A stretch of DNA of 64,000 nt from the NCBI GenBank assembly GCA_947491935.1, contig CANLLF010000003.1, positions 580,397-644,396 of the forward strand, given 5' to 3'. The notes beneath the pieces are model-generated. The model had not been told where the DNA came from. It ran no database searches and worked only from the letters and a program-made list of their open reading frames with translations. The stretch is from an uncultured Roseicyclus sp. (GTDB lineage: Bacteria > Pseudomonadota > Alphaproteobacteria > Rhodobacterales > Rhodobacteraceae). Positions 20,516 through 30,826 of the stretch are shown here, in pieces (the stretch's first letter is position 1; every line of letters starts with the position of its first letter). Position numbers and translations under genes: made by a program.

Positions 20516-20567
20516 GAAACGCGCGCCCCTTCCCCCTTTGACGCACGACGTGAAGTAGGAGACGCGG

Positions 20568-21221
20568 ATGCCCGAGGTCATTTTCCCCGGACCTGAAGGC
20601 CGCCTTGAAGGGCGCTACCACCCCCAGAAACCCAAAGACGCGCCGATTGCGATCATCCTGCACCCGCACCCGCAATTCGGCGGCACGATGAACAACCGCG
20701 TCGTCTACAACCTGCACTACGCGTTTCATCAGATGGGGTTCACCGTGCTGCGGTTCAATTTCCGTGGCGTGGGCCGGTCCCAGGGCGAATACGACCAGGG
20801 CATCGGCGAGCTGTCCGATGCCGCGTCCGCCCTTGATTACCTGCAATCGATGAACCCCAATTCCAAGCATTGCTGGGTGGCGGGGTTCTCGTTCGGCGCG
20901 TGGATCGGGATGCAGCTTCTGATGCGGCGGCCCGAGATCACCGGGTTCATCTCGGTCAGCCCGCCCGCGAACATGTATGATTTCTCGTTTCTTGCGCCCT
21001 GCCCGTCCTCGGGCCTGATCATCAACGGCACGTCGGATCGTGTGGCCAAGCCGCAAGATACGCGCATCCTCGTGGACAAGCTGCACGAGCAAAAGGGCAT
21101 CACCATCACCCACCAGGAGATGGAAGGCGCGGGCCATTTCTTCGAGGATCCGTTCATGGATCCGATGATCGACAGCGTGCAGACCTATGTGCGCCGCCGT
21201 CTGACAGAAACCACGCGGTAG
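20568..21221 (+). CDS. Alpha/beta hydrolase (conserved divergent partner of iscR)
   Basis: GPEGRLEGRY, HPHPQFGGTM, RFNFRGVG.S, GFSFG elbow. Confidence 0.9.
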   Translation: MPEVIFPGPEGRLEGRYHPQKPKDAPIAIILHPHPQFGGTMNNRVVYNLHYAFHQMGFTVLRFNFRGVGRSQGEYDQGIGELSDAASALDYLQSMNPNSKHCWVAGFSFGAWIGMQLLMRRPEITGFISVSPPANMYDFSFLAPCPSSGLIINGTSDRVAKPQDTRILVDKLHEQKGITITHQEMEGAGHFFEDPFMDPMIDSVQTYVRRRLTETTR

Positions 21222-21225
21222 ATCC

Positions 21226-21507
21226 ATGGGCCTGGCCAACGACCTTGCCGAACAGCTTGCGCTCGACGCGTGTAACGCGGCGCTGGAACTGGGTGATGAT
21301 ACCCTGCCCGAAACGATTGCGCAGGTTGTCGGCGCGTCGTCCCCGACCACAGAAGAACTGTACCGCACGGCCGTGCGGGTTATCCAGGCCGAACGCCGCG
21401 CGCGCAAGGTGCTTGAAGAGCGGAAGAAGGCGGCTGGCAAATCTGCAGGCTTGGACGATGACGGCCCGGGGCCCATCTCCGATACGGCCTCCGAGAGCGC
21501 GGAATAG
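21226..21507 (+). CDS. Hypothetical protein
   Basis: 4 nt after previous stop; helical, host-like codon usage; GASSPTTEE motif. Confidence 0.7.
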   Translation: MGLANDLAEQLALDACNAALELGDDTLPETIAQVVGASSPTTEELYRTAVRVIQAERRARKVLEERKKAAGKSAGLDDDGPGPISDTASESAE

Positions 21508-21702
21508 CAGCGCGGACTTCAGCGTCGGCGCTTGCCGGCCTCCATGGGTTCAATGCTCCGTCCAGCCAAACCCCTGACGCCAAGTTCAGCAAGACGGCGC
21601 GGTGTCTGCCGCAAACGCGGCAGGGCAACTCCGCGCAATGAAATTGGCGCTAGCTGGTCAGGTCGTCCCTGCTTTCGTCCGCCAAGAAAAGCGCCGGCAG
21701 GG

Positions 21703-23274
21703 TCACGCTGCATTTTCCTGAGCAGCTCCGGACGCCCCCGCGCGGAACGAGAATGTCCCAAGGGACCCGTGCAGCCCGCCAGCCCCATTGGATATCCGCG
21801 CGCCCATGGCCGACAATTCCTCGGTCTTGGCGGCGCAGGAATGGATCACCGTATCGATCTCGCCCAGGGCATCGGCCACATCCTGCACGGCGCGCGATTG
21901 TTCGCTGGCGCGTCGCGACACGTCCGCAACCCGCTGGCTGGCCTGCGACACGGTTTCCTCGATCTCGTCCAGCGCGACACCGGCGCGGTCCACCATAGCC
22001 GCGCCTTCGGCCACGTGGGTCACACTCTTCGAGATCAGCGCCTTCACCTGATTGGCGGCCTCCGACGTTCGGTGAGAGAGCGCCCGCACTTCCGACGCGA
22101 CCACGGCAAACCCGGCACCGGCGGGCCCGGCGCGGGCGGCCTCTACACCCGCGTTGAGCGCCAACAGATTGGTTTGAAACGAAATATCTTCGATGACCGA
22201 GATGATCTTTTCGATCTCGGCGGATGAGGACTTGATCGCCGACATTGCCGTGACGGCCTCGCGCACGATTTCGCCCCCCTCGGCGGCCTTGTTCGACGCA
22301 TCCTGGGCCGACGCATTTACACCGCCGATATCCGCCACCGTGCGCTCCAGGGATGCGGTGAGGGTGCGGATTTCATTGGCCGCTTCCGACACCTGGGCTG
22401 CCTGCCCTTCCAATTGCACCGCCATCTCATCCGTCATCTGGGCGGCGGCATTGGCCTCCGCCTCCACGTCGCAGACCATATCGAAGGTCTCGGACAGGAT
22501 GCGCGACAGGATATCCAGCGCCGTGTTGTAATCCTGCGCCAGTTCACTGAAATCCGCCGAAACCCCATCCGCCATCCGCGCCGACAGATCGCGCCGCGCC
22601 ATCGCATTGAGATTATGGGCCAGCGCCGCCGTGACATCGCGCGCCGCCTTGTCGGCGGCCTCGGCCTTGCGGCGCAGGCTTTGGGCCTGGGCGGCGGCAT
22701 CCTCCGCCTCGGTCTTTGCCTTGCTGGCCGCCTCCCGTGCCGCCGCCTCGGCCTGTTCCTGCTTGTTCTGACCGATCATGGCGATGGTCAGGAATGTCAC
22801 CTCCAAAACGACAACCGTACCGTGAAGCGCGACGCGTTCGAGGTTCTCTATCAGCCCGAAGGACGGAAAGACAAGCGACGGCACCCAGATACCGAAGAAC
22901 AGATGGTGCAATGCGATTACCGCGGCCGACACGACCAGCGCCGGAACCGATCGCATCAGCGCGACCACGGCAAGCACCACGAAGAACAGCATGTGGCTGT
23001 CCAACTGCCAGAGATGCCCGGTGAAGCTGGCAGTGAACGCAATCGCCTGCCCGGTCAGGGCAATCGCCACGATCACCGGGGACAGCCGCACCTTCACATG
23101 ATCCGCAAGGGTGGCGCAGGTTGCCAGTAATGCCGAGATCACGATCAGCGAAATACCGGGCCCATCGATGACGATATTTGTGCCGGATATCGCGACGATC
23201 ATGCCGATGGTGAAATTCCGCACCATCCGCATCGCCACCGCGCGCGCGTTCTTGCCGCTGACCGAGTCAAACAT
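21703..23274 (-). CDS. Methyl-accepting chemotaxis protein with His-containing multi-TM sensor domain
   Basis: [34 protein letters not shown] signalling hairpin; N-terminal TM bundle with [20 protein letters not shown]. Confidence 0.9.
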   Translation of the reverse strand: MFDSVSGKNARAVAMRMVRNFTIGMIVAISGTNIVIDGPGISLIVISALLATCATLADHVKVRLSPVIVAIALTGQAIAFTASFTGHLWQLDSHMLFFVVLAVVALMRSVPALVVSAAVIALHHLFFGIWVPSLVFPSFGLIENLERVALHGTVVVLEVTFLTIAMIGQNKQEQAEAAAREAASKAKTEAEDAAAQAQSLRRKAEAADKAARDVTAALAHNLNAMARRDLSARMADGVSADFSELAQDYNTALDILSRILSETFDMVCDVEAEANAAAQMTDEMAVQLEGQAAQVSEAANEIRTLTASLERTVADIGGVNASAQDASNKAAEGGEIVREAVTAMSAIKSSSAEIEKIISVIEDISFQTNLLALNAGVEAARAGPAGAGFAVVASEVRALSHRTSEAANQVKALISKSVTHVAEGAAMVDRAGVALDEIEETVSQASQRVADVSRRASEQSRAVQDVADALGEIDTVIHSCAAKTEELSAMGARISNGAGGLHGSLGTFSFRAGASGAAQENAA

Positions 23275-23611
23275 CTTCAGCGCCTCTTTCGATTGGCAGG
23301 TCCACCCCGCAGATCCGCGCCAGAACCCGCCCATCAAGCAGCAGCCAGGCGCCATGTTGGCGCGCGGCCGGGAGGTCATCCAGTGTCGCCAGAACTGCGA
23401 AGGGCGCGCGCATCGGCCCGATCTCTCGGCCACCGGCCGCACTCACGATGCCCGCCGCGCCGCCCGTCGTCGCCCAAGGCGGGGCCACGACAAGCACGAT
23501 ACCGCCCGGATCGGGGCGCGTGCCGGCCAGAAGCGCCACAGGCGTCGCCAGCGCTATGCAGGACAGGGCCGCCACCAACAGGAGGCCGGATGAGAAAGAC
23601 GATCTATTCAT
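23267..23611 (-). CDS. Small membrane-anchored protein coupled to the MCP
   Basis: N-terminal TM; VVAPPW, AGGR.IG, GAWLLLD..ICG; stop overlaps MCP start by 8 nt. Confidence 0.7.
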   Translation of the reverse strand: MNRSSFSSGLLLVAALSCIALATPVALLAGTRPDPGGIVLVVAPPWATTGGAAGIVSAAGGREIGPMRAPFAVLATLDDLPAARQHGAWLLLDGRVLARICGVDLPIERGAEDV

Positions 23612-23639
23612 ATCGCTTTCGGGCCTACACGCCGAGGTG

Positions 23640-23654
23640 CTAAGAAACGTTTAA
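23640..23654 (-). promoter_or_regulatory. CtrA-like box upstream of the MCP operon
   Basis: Minus strand TTAA-acgtttc-TTAG (TTAA-N7-TTAA, one mismatch), 29 bp before start codon. Confidence 0.55.
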
Positions 23655-23718
23655 ATGACACGTGACATCGATGGGCGGGGCGCGCCAAACGCCAGGTAAC
23701 CGCGTCACAGCGCCGCCC

Positions 23719-23734
23719 GTATACAATGGTATAC
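23719..23734. promoter_or_regulatory. Operator-like palindrome upstream of monomeric IDH
   Basis: GTATAC-aatg-GTATAC. Confidence 0.45.
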
Positions 23735-23807
23735 ACCTCTTCCCTTTGGTCGACCAATCGTCTAACAGCAGCGATATCTCAGACCACCGGACCGGAGGGC
23801 ACGCGCC

Positions 23808-26000
23808 ATGACCAACCCAGACATCATCTACACCAAGGTCGACGAGGCGCCTGAACTGGCCTCCGCCTCACTGCTTCCGATCATCCAGCGCTTCGCCAAA
23901 GCCGCCGGGATCAGCGTGGGGACCAAGGATATCTCGCTGGCTGGCCGGATCCTGGCAACCTTCCCCGAGCATCTGGCCGAGGATCAGCGCATCCCCGACG
24001 ATCTCGCCGCTTTGGGTGAATTGGTCAAAACGCCCGAGGCCAACGTCATCAAGCTGCCCAACATCTCCGCGTCCGTCCCGCAACTCGTCGCGGCCGTGAC
24101 CGAATTGCAGGCCAAGGGATACGCCCTGCCCGACTATCCCGAAAGCCCGTCCACCGACGAAGAAAAGGCGATCCGCGCCAAGTATGACGGGATCAAGGGC
24201 TCCGCTGTGAACCCGGTCCTGCGCGAAGGCAACTCCGACCGCCGCGCCGCCGCCGCCGTGAAAAGCTACGCCCAGAACAACCCGCATCGCATGGGCAAAT
24301 GGAAAAGCGACAGCAAGACCCGCGTCGCGTCCATGTCCGGCGGAGATTTCTTTTCCAACGAAGTCTCGGTGACCCTGTCGGAGGCTACCGGCGCCAAGAT
24401 CGTCCTGGAAACCGCCAATGGCGAAACCGTTCTGAAAGAGGGCCTGTCCTACCCCGCCGGCACGGTTGTGGACGCAACCTACATGTCCGCCGCGGCGCTG
24501 GACGCCTTCCTTGCCGAGGAAATCGAGAAGACCAAGGCCGAGGGTGTCCTGTTCTCGCTTCACATGAAAGCCACGATGATGAAGGTCTCCGACCCCATCA
24601 TCTTTGGCCATGCCGTCAAAACCTTCCTTGCGCCCGTGTTCGACGCCCATGGCGACGCGATGAAGGCGCTTGGCGTGAACCCCAATTCCGGGCTCGGTGA
24701 CCTGCTGGAGCGGGTGAAGGACAGCCCCGAAATCTTTGAAGCGATTGATAAATGCATGGCCAACCGCCCGCCGATGTACATGGTCGACAGCGACAAGGGC
24801 ATCACCAACCTGCATGTGCCAAGCGACGTCATTATCGACGCCTCCATGCCCGCCCTGATCCGCGCCGGCGGCAAGGGCTGGGGCCCCGATGGGCAGGAGG
24901 CTGATGCCGTCTGCGTCATCCCCGACAATTCCTATGCCCCGGTCTATGACGAGACCATCGAATTCTTCAAAGCCAATGGCGCGCTCGACCCGGCCACCGC
25001 AGGCACTGTCCAGAACCTCGGCCTGATGGCCCAGAAGGCGGAGGAATACGGCTCCCACCCCACGACCTTCGAGATTGCTGAGGCTGGAACCGTCAAGATG
25101 ATCCTCGATGACGGCACCGTGCTCCACCAACAAGACGTCCAGCCCGGCGATATCTGGCGTTCCGCTTCCGCGCGCAAGGCCCCCATTGAGGATTGGGTGC
25201 AACTGGCCATCAGCCGCCAGAAGGCCACCGGTTACCGCTCCATCTTCTGGCTCGACGAGACCCGCGCCCACGACGCGCAGCTCATCGCTTACGTGAAGCC
25301 CATCCTCGAAGCCGCTGGTGTCGCTGACAAATTTGAGATCATGGCGCCCCGCGAAGCCACCCGCGCCTCGCTTGAAACCATCACGAAGGGTGAGAACACC
25401 ATCGCCATCACCGGAAACGTGCTGCGGGATTACCTGACCGACCTTTTCCCGATCCTGGAACTGGCGACGTCGGCAAAGATGCTCTCCATCGTGAAGCTGA
25501 TGCAGGGCGGCGGATTGTTCGAGACCGGTGCAGGCGGCTCGGCGCCCAAGCACGTCCAGCAGCTCCATGCCGAAAACCACCTGCGCTGGGACAGCCTTGG
25601 CGAATTCTGCGCTCTGGGCGAGAGCTTCAAGTTCCTGGCCGATGCCAAAGGCAATGCGAAAGCCCGCATCCTCGGCGACGCGGTGGAAAAAGCCACCCAA
25701 GGCATCCTCGACGACAACCGCTCGCCGGGCCGCAAGGTCGGCCTGCCCGACAACCGCGACAGCCATTACTGGTTCGCCCGCTATTGGGCCGAAGCGCTGG
25801 CCGCGTCCGACGACGCAGATTTTGCCGCCGAATTCGCCCCCGTTGCCCGGGCCCTGGCCGAGAACGAGGCGACCATCGTCGCCGAGCTTGATGCAGGCGC
25901 CGGTAAACCCGCAGATACCGGCGGTTATTACATGAACGACGGGGAGAAGCTGGCGGCAGTCATGCGGCCATCGGCGACGCTGAATTCAATTATCGGTTGA
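23808..26000 (+). CDS. idh: Monomeric NADP-dependent isocitrate dehydrogenase
   Basis: [52 protein letters not shown]; 730 aa. Confidence 0.97.
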   Translation: MTNPDIIYTKVDEAPELASASLLPIIQRFAKAAGISVGTKDISLAGRILATFPEHLAEDQRIPDDLAALGELVKTPEANVIKLPNISASVPQLVAAVTELQAKGYALPDYPESPSTDEEKAIRAKYDGIKGSAVNPVLREGNSDRRAAAAVKSYAQNNPHRMGKWKSDSKTRVASMSGGDFFSNEVSVTLSEATGAKIVLETANGETVLKEGLSYPAGTVVDATYMSAAALDAFLAEEIEKTKAEGVLFSLHMKATMMKVSDPIIFGHAVKTFLAPVFDAHGDAMKALGVNPNSGLGDLLERVKDSPEIFEAIDKCMANRPPMYMVDSDKGITNLHVPSDVIIDASMPALIRAGGKGWGPDGQEADAVCVIPDNSYAPVYDETIEFFKANGALDPATAGTVQNLGLMAQKAEEYGSHPTTFEIAEAGTVKMILDDGTVLHQQDVQPGDIWRSASARKAPIEDWVQLAISRQKATGYRSIFWLDETRAHDAQLIAYVKPILEAAGVADKFEIMAPREATRASLETITKGENTIAITGNVLRDYLTDLFPILELATSAKMLSIVKLMQGGGLFETGAGGSAPKHVQQLHAENHLRWDSLGEFCALGESFKFLADAKGNAKARILGDAVEKATQGILDDNRSPGRKVGLPDNRDSHYWFARYWAEALAASDDADFAAEFAPVARALAENEATIVAELDAGAGKPADTGGYYMNDGEKLAAVMRPSATLNSIIG

Positions 26001-26226
26001 GGTGAGTGGAAGCCGCACATCCCCGTGGCGCGGTGTGGCGAACCAACGATCCATTTTGGCACTTTATGGTGGCCACACCCCGCTCCGCTCATGCGATGCA
26101 CCCAGACTGACCAAATCGCCGCGCCGGGGGGCGCCACGGCTATGCGCGGCGGCTTCGCCTTGATTCCGCGCGGGGGCTCCGCTCTAACCGTCCACAATCA
26201 GACCGCGACCGGACAGGACCCACCAC

Positions 26227-27441
26227 ATGACCAAAATCAAAGTCGACAACCCCATCGTCGAGATGGATGGGGACGAGATGACCCGCATCATGTGGGATTT
26301 CATCAAGCAAAAGCTGATCCTGCCCTATCTCGACATCGACCTGCTATACTACGATCTCGGCATCGAATCCCGCGACGCTACCGATGACCAGATCACCATC
26401 GACGCCGCCGAGAAGACCAAGGAAGTGGGCGTCGCCGTCAAATGCGCCACCATCACGCCCGACGAGGCCCGCGTCGAGGAATTCGGCCTCAAGAAGATGT
26501 GGCGCTCGCCCAACGGGACGATCCGCAACATCCTGGGCGGCGTGATCTTCCGCCAGCCGATCATCTGCAAAAACGTCCCCCGCCTTGTCCCCGGCTGGAC
26601 CCAGCCCATCGTCGTGGGCCGCCACGCTTTCGGCGACCAATACAAAGCCACGGATATGAAATTCCCCGGCCCCGGCACGCTGACAATGAAATTCGTGGGC
26701 GTTGACGGCACCGTGGATGAGCGCGAGGTCTACAAGGCCGACGGCCCTGGCGTTTTCATGTCGATGTATAACATCGACAAATCAATCTACGATTTCGCCC
26801 GCGCCTCGCTGAACTACGGTCTCAACCTCGGCTGGCCCGTCTACCTCTCCACCAAAAACACCATCCTCAAGCAATACGATGGCCGCTTTATCGAGATCTT
26901 CAACGAAGTCTTCGAGGCCGAATTCAAGGACGCGTTCGAGGAAAAGAAGATCTGGTACGAACACCGCCTGATCGACGACATGGTCGCCTGCGCGATCAAG
27001 TGGAACGGCGGGTTCGTCTGGGCCTGCAAGAACTACGACGGCGACGTGCAATCCGATGTCGTCGCCCAAGGCTTCGGCAGCCTCGGCATGATGGCATCTG
27101 TCCTGATGACGCCCGATGGCAAGATCGTGGAAAGCGAGGCCGCCCACGGCACCGTCACGCGCCACTACCGCAACCATCAGGAGGGCAAAGCCACCTCCAC
27201 CAACTCCATTGCGTCGATCTACGCCTGGACCGGTGGGCTGAAGCACCGCGCCAAGCTGGATGACAATGCCAAGCTGATGGAGTTCGCCGAAACGCTGGAA
27301 CGCGTGATTGTCGAGACGGTTGAATCCGGCCACATGACCAAGGACCTCGCCCTACTGGTCGGCCCCGATCAAAGCTGGCTGACGACAATGGGCTTCCTCG
27401 AAAAGATCGACGAAAACCTCAACAAGGCGCTGGCCGGCTGA
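26227..27441 (+). CDS. icd: Homodimeric (type II) NADP-dependent isocitrate dehydrogenase
   Basis: [40 protein letters not shown]. Confidence 0.97.
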   Translation: MTKIKVDNPIVEMDGDEMTRIMWDFIKQKLILPYLDIDLLYYDLGIESRDATDDQITIDAAEKTKEVGVAVKCATITPDEARVEEFGLKKMWRSPNGTIRNILGGVIFRQPIICKNVPRLVPGWTQPIVVGRHAFGDQYKATDMKFPGPGTLTMKFVGVDGTVDEREVYKADGPGVFMSMYNIDKSIYDFARASLNYGLNLGWPVYLSTKNTILKQYDGRFIEIFNEVFEAEFKDAFEEKKIWYEHRLIDDMVACAIKWNGGFVWACKNYDGDVQSDVVAQGFGSLGMMASVLMTPDGKIVESEAAHGTVTRHYRNHQEGKATSTNSIASIYAWTGGLKHRAKLDDNAKLMEFAETLERVIVETVESGHMTKDLALLVGPDQSWLTTMGFLEKIDENLNKALAG

Positions 27442-27526
27442 GTTCGGATGCGCCCCATGCGACGCACTCCATTGGCGGATCCCGCTTCGGGTGCGGAGTG
27501 TCGCCGATGATACAAGGACAACCAAG

Positions 27527-29068
27527 ATGAATGGCGCCGAAGCCCTAGTTGAAACCATGCTCGCCTCGGACGTCAGGGTTTGTTTTGCCAATCCGGGAAC
27601 GTCCGAGATGCACTTTGTGGCTGCGTTGGACACGCATCCTGACATGCGCTGCATCCTGTGCCTGTTCGAGGGCGGCGTGACGGGCGCCGCGGACGGTTAT
27701 GCGCGGATGAGTGGAAACGTCGCCGGGACGCTCCTCCACCTGGGTCCGGGGTTCGGCAATGGTTGGGCCAACCTGCACAACGCGCGAAAGGGACAATCGG
27801 GCATCGTTAACGTGGTGGGGGATCATGCCGGCTATCACCTGAAGCACGACGCACCTTTGCAGTCCGATCTTGACGGCGTCGTGGGGTCAATCTCGCATTG
27901 GACGCGCCGCGCGACGGATGGATCAATGGTGGCCCGACTCGGGGCCGATGCGATCCAGGCTGCACGCAACGGACAGATCGCAACGCTGATCCTCCAGGCC
28001 GATGCGGCCTGGGGCGATGGCGGTTCGGGGCCCGTCACGGCGCCACCGCCAACTCCCAAGCACCGCCCCGACGCCGACCGCATCGCGGCCTCCGCCAAAA
28101 CCCTTGAGGAACCGGGCGCCGCATTGCTTGTCGGAGGGGCCGCTATTTTCGGGCCGGGCGCCGAATTGGCCGGACAAATCGCGGCGCGGACCGGGTGTCG
28201 TTTGCTGGCGCCCTTCTTCGCGCCGCGCATCGGTTTCGGCACAGGCGCGGTCGCATTTGAAACGCTTTACTACCCGGCAGAAATGAACGCCGAATTTCTC
28301 AAGGATTTCAAGCGCATCGTTTTGGTGGGCGAGAGCCCGCCCGTGAATTTCTTTGCCTATCCGGGCAAGCCGTCCACGCCGGAACCGCCGGGCTGTGCGA
28401 TTGACCGCCTCTGTTACGAGGATTGGGATGTTCTGGGCACCCTTCAGGCGCTCGCTGATGCCGTCGGAGTGGATGGCACGGAAGCCGTGTCGCGGATTGA
28501 GAACTCCATCCCGGACAGTGAAACAGGCCCGCTAACCCCCGAAGGCATTGGCCGCGGCCTGGCACGGGCCATTCCTGAAGGTGCCATCATGGTGAACGAG
28601 GCCGTCACCGCAAGTGCAGGCATCTGGCCACTCGTCAACACCGCGGCGCCCCATGACCGGTTGAACAATACCGGTGGATCCATCGGTGAATGCCTGCCCA
28701 ATGCCCTTGGCGCCGCTACCGCCTGCCCGGATCGTCCCGTCTTCGCGATATCCGGAGATGGGTCAGCCATGTACCAGCTTCAGTGTCTGTGGACAGCGGC
28801 GCGGGAGCGTATGGACATCACCTTCGTGATCGTCGCCAACAAGGGCTACCAGATCCTGCACCTTGAACTTGCGGCGCAAGGCGCGCCGAAACCCGGGCGC
28901 AACGCCCGCGCGATGTTTGATATCGAAGATCCGTTGCTGGATTGGGTGTCGCTGGCCAAGGGGCATGGCGTGCCGGGCGAACGTGTCGACACCGAAGAGG
29001 CGTTTGCCGCGGCGCTGGCCGCGGCCAAGGCCACGGAGGGCCCCTACCTGATCGAGGCCGTTATCTGA
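27527..29068 (+). CDS. TPP-dependent enzyme, acetolactate synthase large-subunit-like
   Basis: CFANPGTSEMH, LFEGGVTGAADGY, GDGSAMY TPP motif; no small subunit adjacent. Confidence 0.85.
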   Translation: MNGAEALVETMLASDVRVCFANPGTSEMHFVAALDTHPDMRCILCLFEGGVTGAADGYARMSGNVAGTLLHLGPGFGNGWANLHNARKGQSGIVNVVGDHAGYHLKHDAPLQSDLDGVVGSISHWTRRATDGSMVARLGADAIQAARNGQIATLILQADAAWGDGGSGPVTAPPPTPKHRPDADRIAASAKTLEEPGAALLVGGAAIFGPGAELAGQIAARTGCRLLAPFFAPRIGFGTGAVAFETLYYPAEMNAEFLKDFKRIVLVGESPPVNFFAYPGKPSTPEPPGCAIDRLCYEDWDVLGTLQALADAVGVDGTEAVSRIENSIPDSETGPLTPEGIGRGLARAIPEGAIMVNEAVTASAGIWPLVNTAAPHDRLNNTGGSIGECLPNALGAATACPDRPVFAISGDGSAMYQLQCLWTAARERMDITFVIVANKGYQILHLELAAQGAPKPGRNARAMFDIEDPLLDWVSLAKGHGVPGERVDTEEAFAAALAAAKATEGPYLIEAVI

Positions 29069-29214
29069 GCCCCGCGACCCGCCGATCAAACTATGGCAAG
29101 GCAACAGGGCCCCACAAAGCGGGCTTTGGCAATTGTCGGCGTGGCTCCGAATACCGGCCCCAGAGACGGGACTGATCTGTGACTGACTGCTGCTGATAAC
29201 CGGGCGCAGCCACC

Positions 29215-29997
29215 TCAGGCGGCCACCTTCTCCAGCATCCGCACCTCCACCTGCGTGCCCTTTAAGACGGCCACGTGACCGGGCGGCAATTCCGTCCATC
29301 CACCCTGACCCACCTCCAGCGGTTCACTCACAACCGCCCATCCCGCGCGGCTCTCGCTCCAACGGTAATAGACCGACGGCGCAATATGATCCGACGACAG
29401 GCGCAGCGCATAGAGCCGCACGCCGTCCGTCCAGGCCGCGGATGAGCGCAGATGCGGCAGGCAGCCATGGGCGCGCGACATCGCCTCAAGCGTCCGGTGG
29501 GCGTGCAGCATGGCATCGACGGGGGCCTCCTCAAGCCCGGCATGAAGCGCGTAGAGGAACAGCAATTCACTGTCCGTGGCCCCCTTGCGGTACGGGTAGA
29601 GCGCCTCGCTCACGCCCATATCCGCCCGGCGCCGAAACCGATCGAACCCGCCGATCTGGCCATTATGCATGAAGCTCCACCGCCCATGGGCGAACGGATG
29701 GCAATTGTTCCGGCTGGTCGCCGCCCCGGTCGAGGCGCGCACATGGGCCATGAAACAGCCCGATTGCACCGTCCGGCACAAAGCGGCCAGGTTGGTGTCG
29801 GACCAGGCGGGATAGACATCGCGGTAGATGCCCGGTTCGGCCCGGCCGCCATACCAGGCCAGCCCGACGCCATCGCCATTCAGCGCCGTCTTGCATTCCG
29901 TGGCTTCACGGGATTGGTGGATCAGGGAATGGCCGGGCCGCGTGACTAGCTCTTCCATGAAAATCGGCTGGCCCAGATAGGCCGCCCAACGGCACAT
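29215..29997 (-). CDS. Class II glutamine amidotransferase-like (EgtC/YafJ family)
   Basis: N-terminal MCR nucleophile, NGDGVG.AWY, AHVRASTG, NCHPF, FMHNG, TDSE. Confidence 0.9.
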   Translation of the reverse strand: MCRWAAYLGQPIFMEELVTRPGHSLIHQSREATECKTALNGDGVGLAWYGGRAEPGIYRDVYPAWSDTNLAALCRTVQSGCFMAHVRASTGAATSRNNCHPFAHGRWSFMHNGQIGGFDRFRRRADMGVSEALYPYRKGATDSELLFLYALHAGLEEAPVDAMLHAHRTLEAMSRAHGCLPHLRSSAAWTDGVRLYALRLSSDHIAPSVYYRWSESRAGWAVVSEPLEVGQGGWTELPPGHVAVLKGTQVEVRMLEKVAA

Positions 29998-30204
29998 CTA
30001 CTGGCCCCGGTTGTGGGTCTTGGCATACATCTCCGCAATCATCCGGCTGGCCGTCTTTTCAAACAGGCACGGGACCACCGCATGGACCGCCGCCGCGCAG
30101 GAGGCGAGGAACAATTTGCCCGAAAACTTGCCTGCAAAGGCGGCATGTTCGAGGTAGCTTTCGTCGACGCTCTGGGGGTGGTCGAGGAAGACACGGTTGA
30201 TCAT
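29998..30204 (-). CDS. Small protein, DUF6356-like
   Basis: FLDHPQSVDESYLEH...VHAVVP.LFEKTASR pattern. Confidence 0.7.
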   Translation of the reverse strand: MINRVFLDHPQSVDESYLEHAAFAGKFSGKLFLASCAAAVHAVVPCLFEKTASRMIAEMYAKTHNRGQ

Positions 30205-30278
30205 GGGGCTGCTCCTGTTCGCTGATGTGGAGACAGGATGCCATGCACGCCCAATGAAACGATCCCAAATGTTGCGTC

Positions 30279-30322
30279 ATCTGGGCGTGACATGTGGATA
30301 ATTTCCACCCATAATCCCAGAT
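30279..30322. promoter_or_regulatory. Nested inverted repeats in the Lrp/DUF6356 divergent promoter
   Basis: ATCTGGG...GTGGA-TAATT-TCCAC...CCCAGAT abutting the Lrp ATG. Confidence 0.45.
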
Positions 30323-30781
30323 ATGGCAACACTTGATGAAACAGACCGCCGAATCCTCGCCCGTTTGCAGCAGCGCTGCGATGAACCGCTGGAGGAATTG
30401 GGCACCCTTATCGGGCTCAGCCGCAATGCCGTCTGGCGCCGGATCAAGGCGCTGGAGGAGCGCGGCATCGTGACAGGCCGCGTCGCGGTGGTGGATCCCG
30501 CCGCCGTGCGGCTTGGCCTGATGGTGTTCATCCAGGTTCGCGCCGCCCATCACTCCGCCGATTGGCTCGACCAGTTCCGCCGCGCCGTGCGCGCCATGCC
30601 TGAGATCCTGGGCGTCTACCGGATGACCGGTGATCTGGATTACCTGATCCGCGCGCGGGTGGCCGATGTGGCGGATTACGACCGCCTCTACCAGCGCCTC
30701 ATCGACCGGGTGGAGATGGGCGACGTCTCGGCCAGTTTCGTGATGGAGGAGTTGAAAGAGGGGCAGGCCCTGCCCCTCTGA
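30323..30781 (+). CDS. Lrp/AsnC regulator, DecR(YbaO)-like
   Basis: LSRNAVWRRIK HTH; HHSADW..F...V..MPE.LG.YRM.GD.DYL.R..VAD...YD..Y.RL resembles E. coli DecR. Confidence 0.85.
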   Translation: MATLDETDRRILARLQQRCDEPLEELGTLIGLSRNAVWRRIKALEERGIVTGRVAVVDPAAVRLGLMVFIQVRAAHHSADWLDQFRRAVRAMPEILGVYRMTGDLDYLIRARVADVADYDRLYQRLIDRVEMGDVSASFVMEELKEGQALPL

Positions 30782-30826
30782 CCCTCATAAGCCCGGCCTC
30801 TGCAGCGATCCGTCTACCGAACTGGC

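Noticed and set aside
21508-21702. Possible small gene or RNA in the 195-bp convergent gap (ORFs 21519-21788, 21532-22227)
   Set aside because: ORFs are Arg/Pro-rich, overlap the MCP and lack RBS; no convincing promoter-terminator pair
27527-29068. Calling the TPP enzyme ilvB/ilvI
   Set aside because: Short (about 513 aa), no regulatory subunit or ilvC nearby; NPGTSE-type sequences include decarboxylases of other specificity
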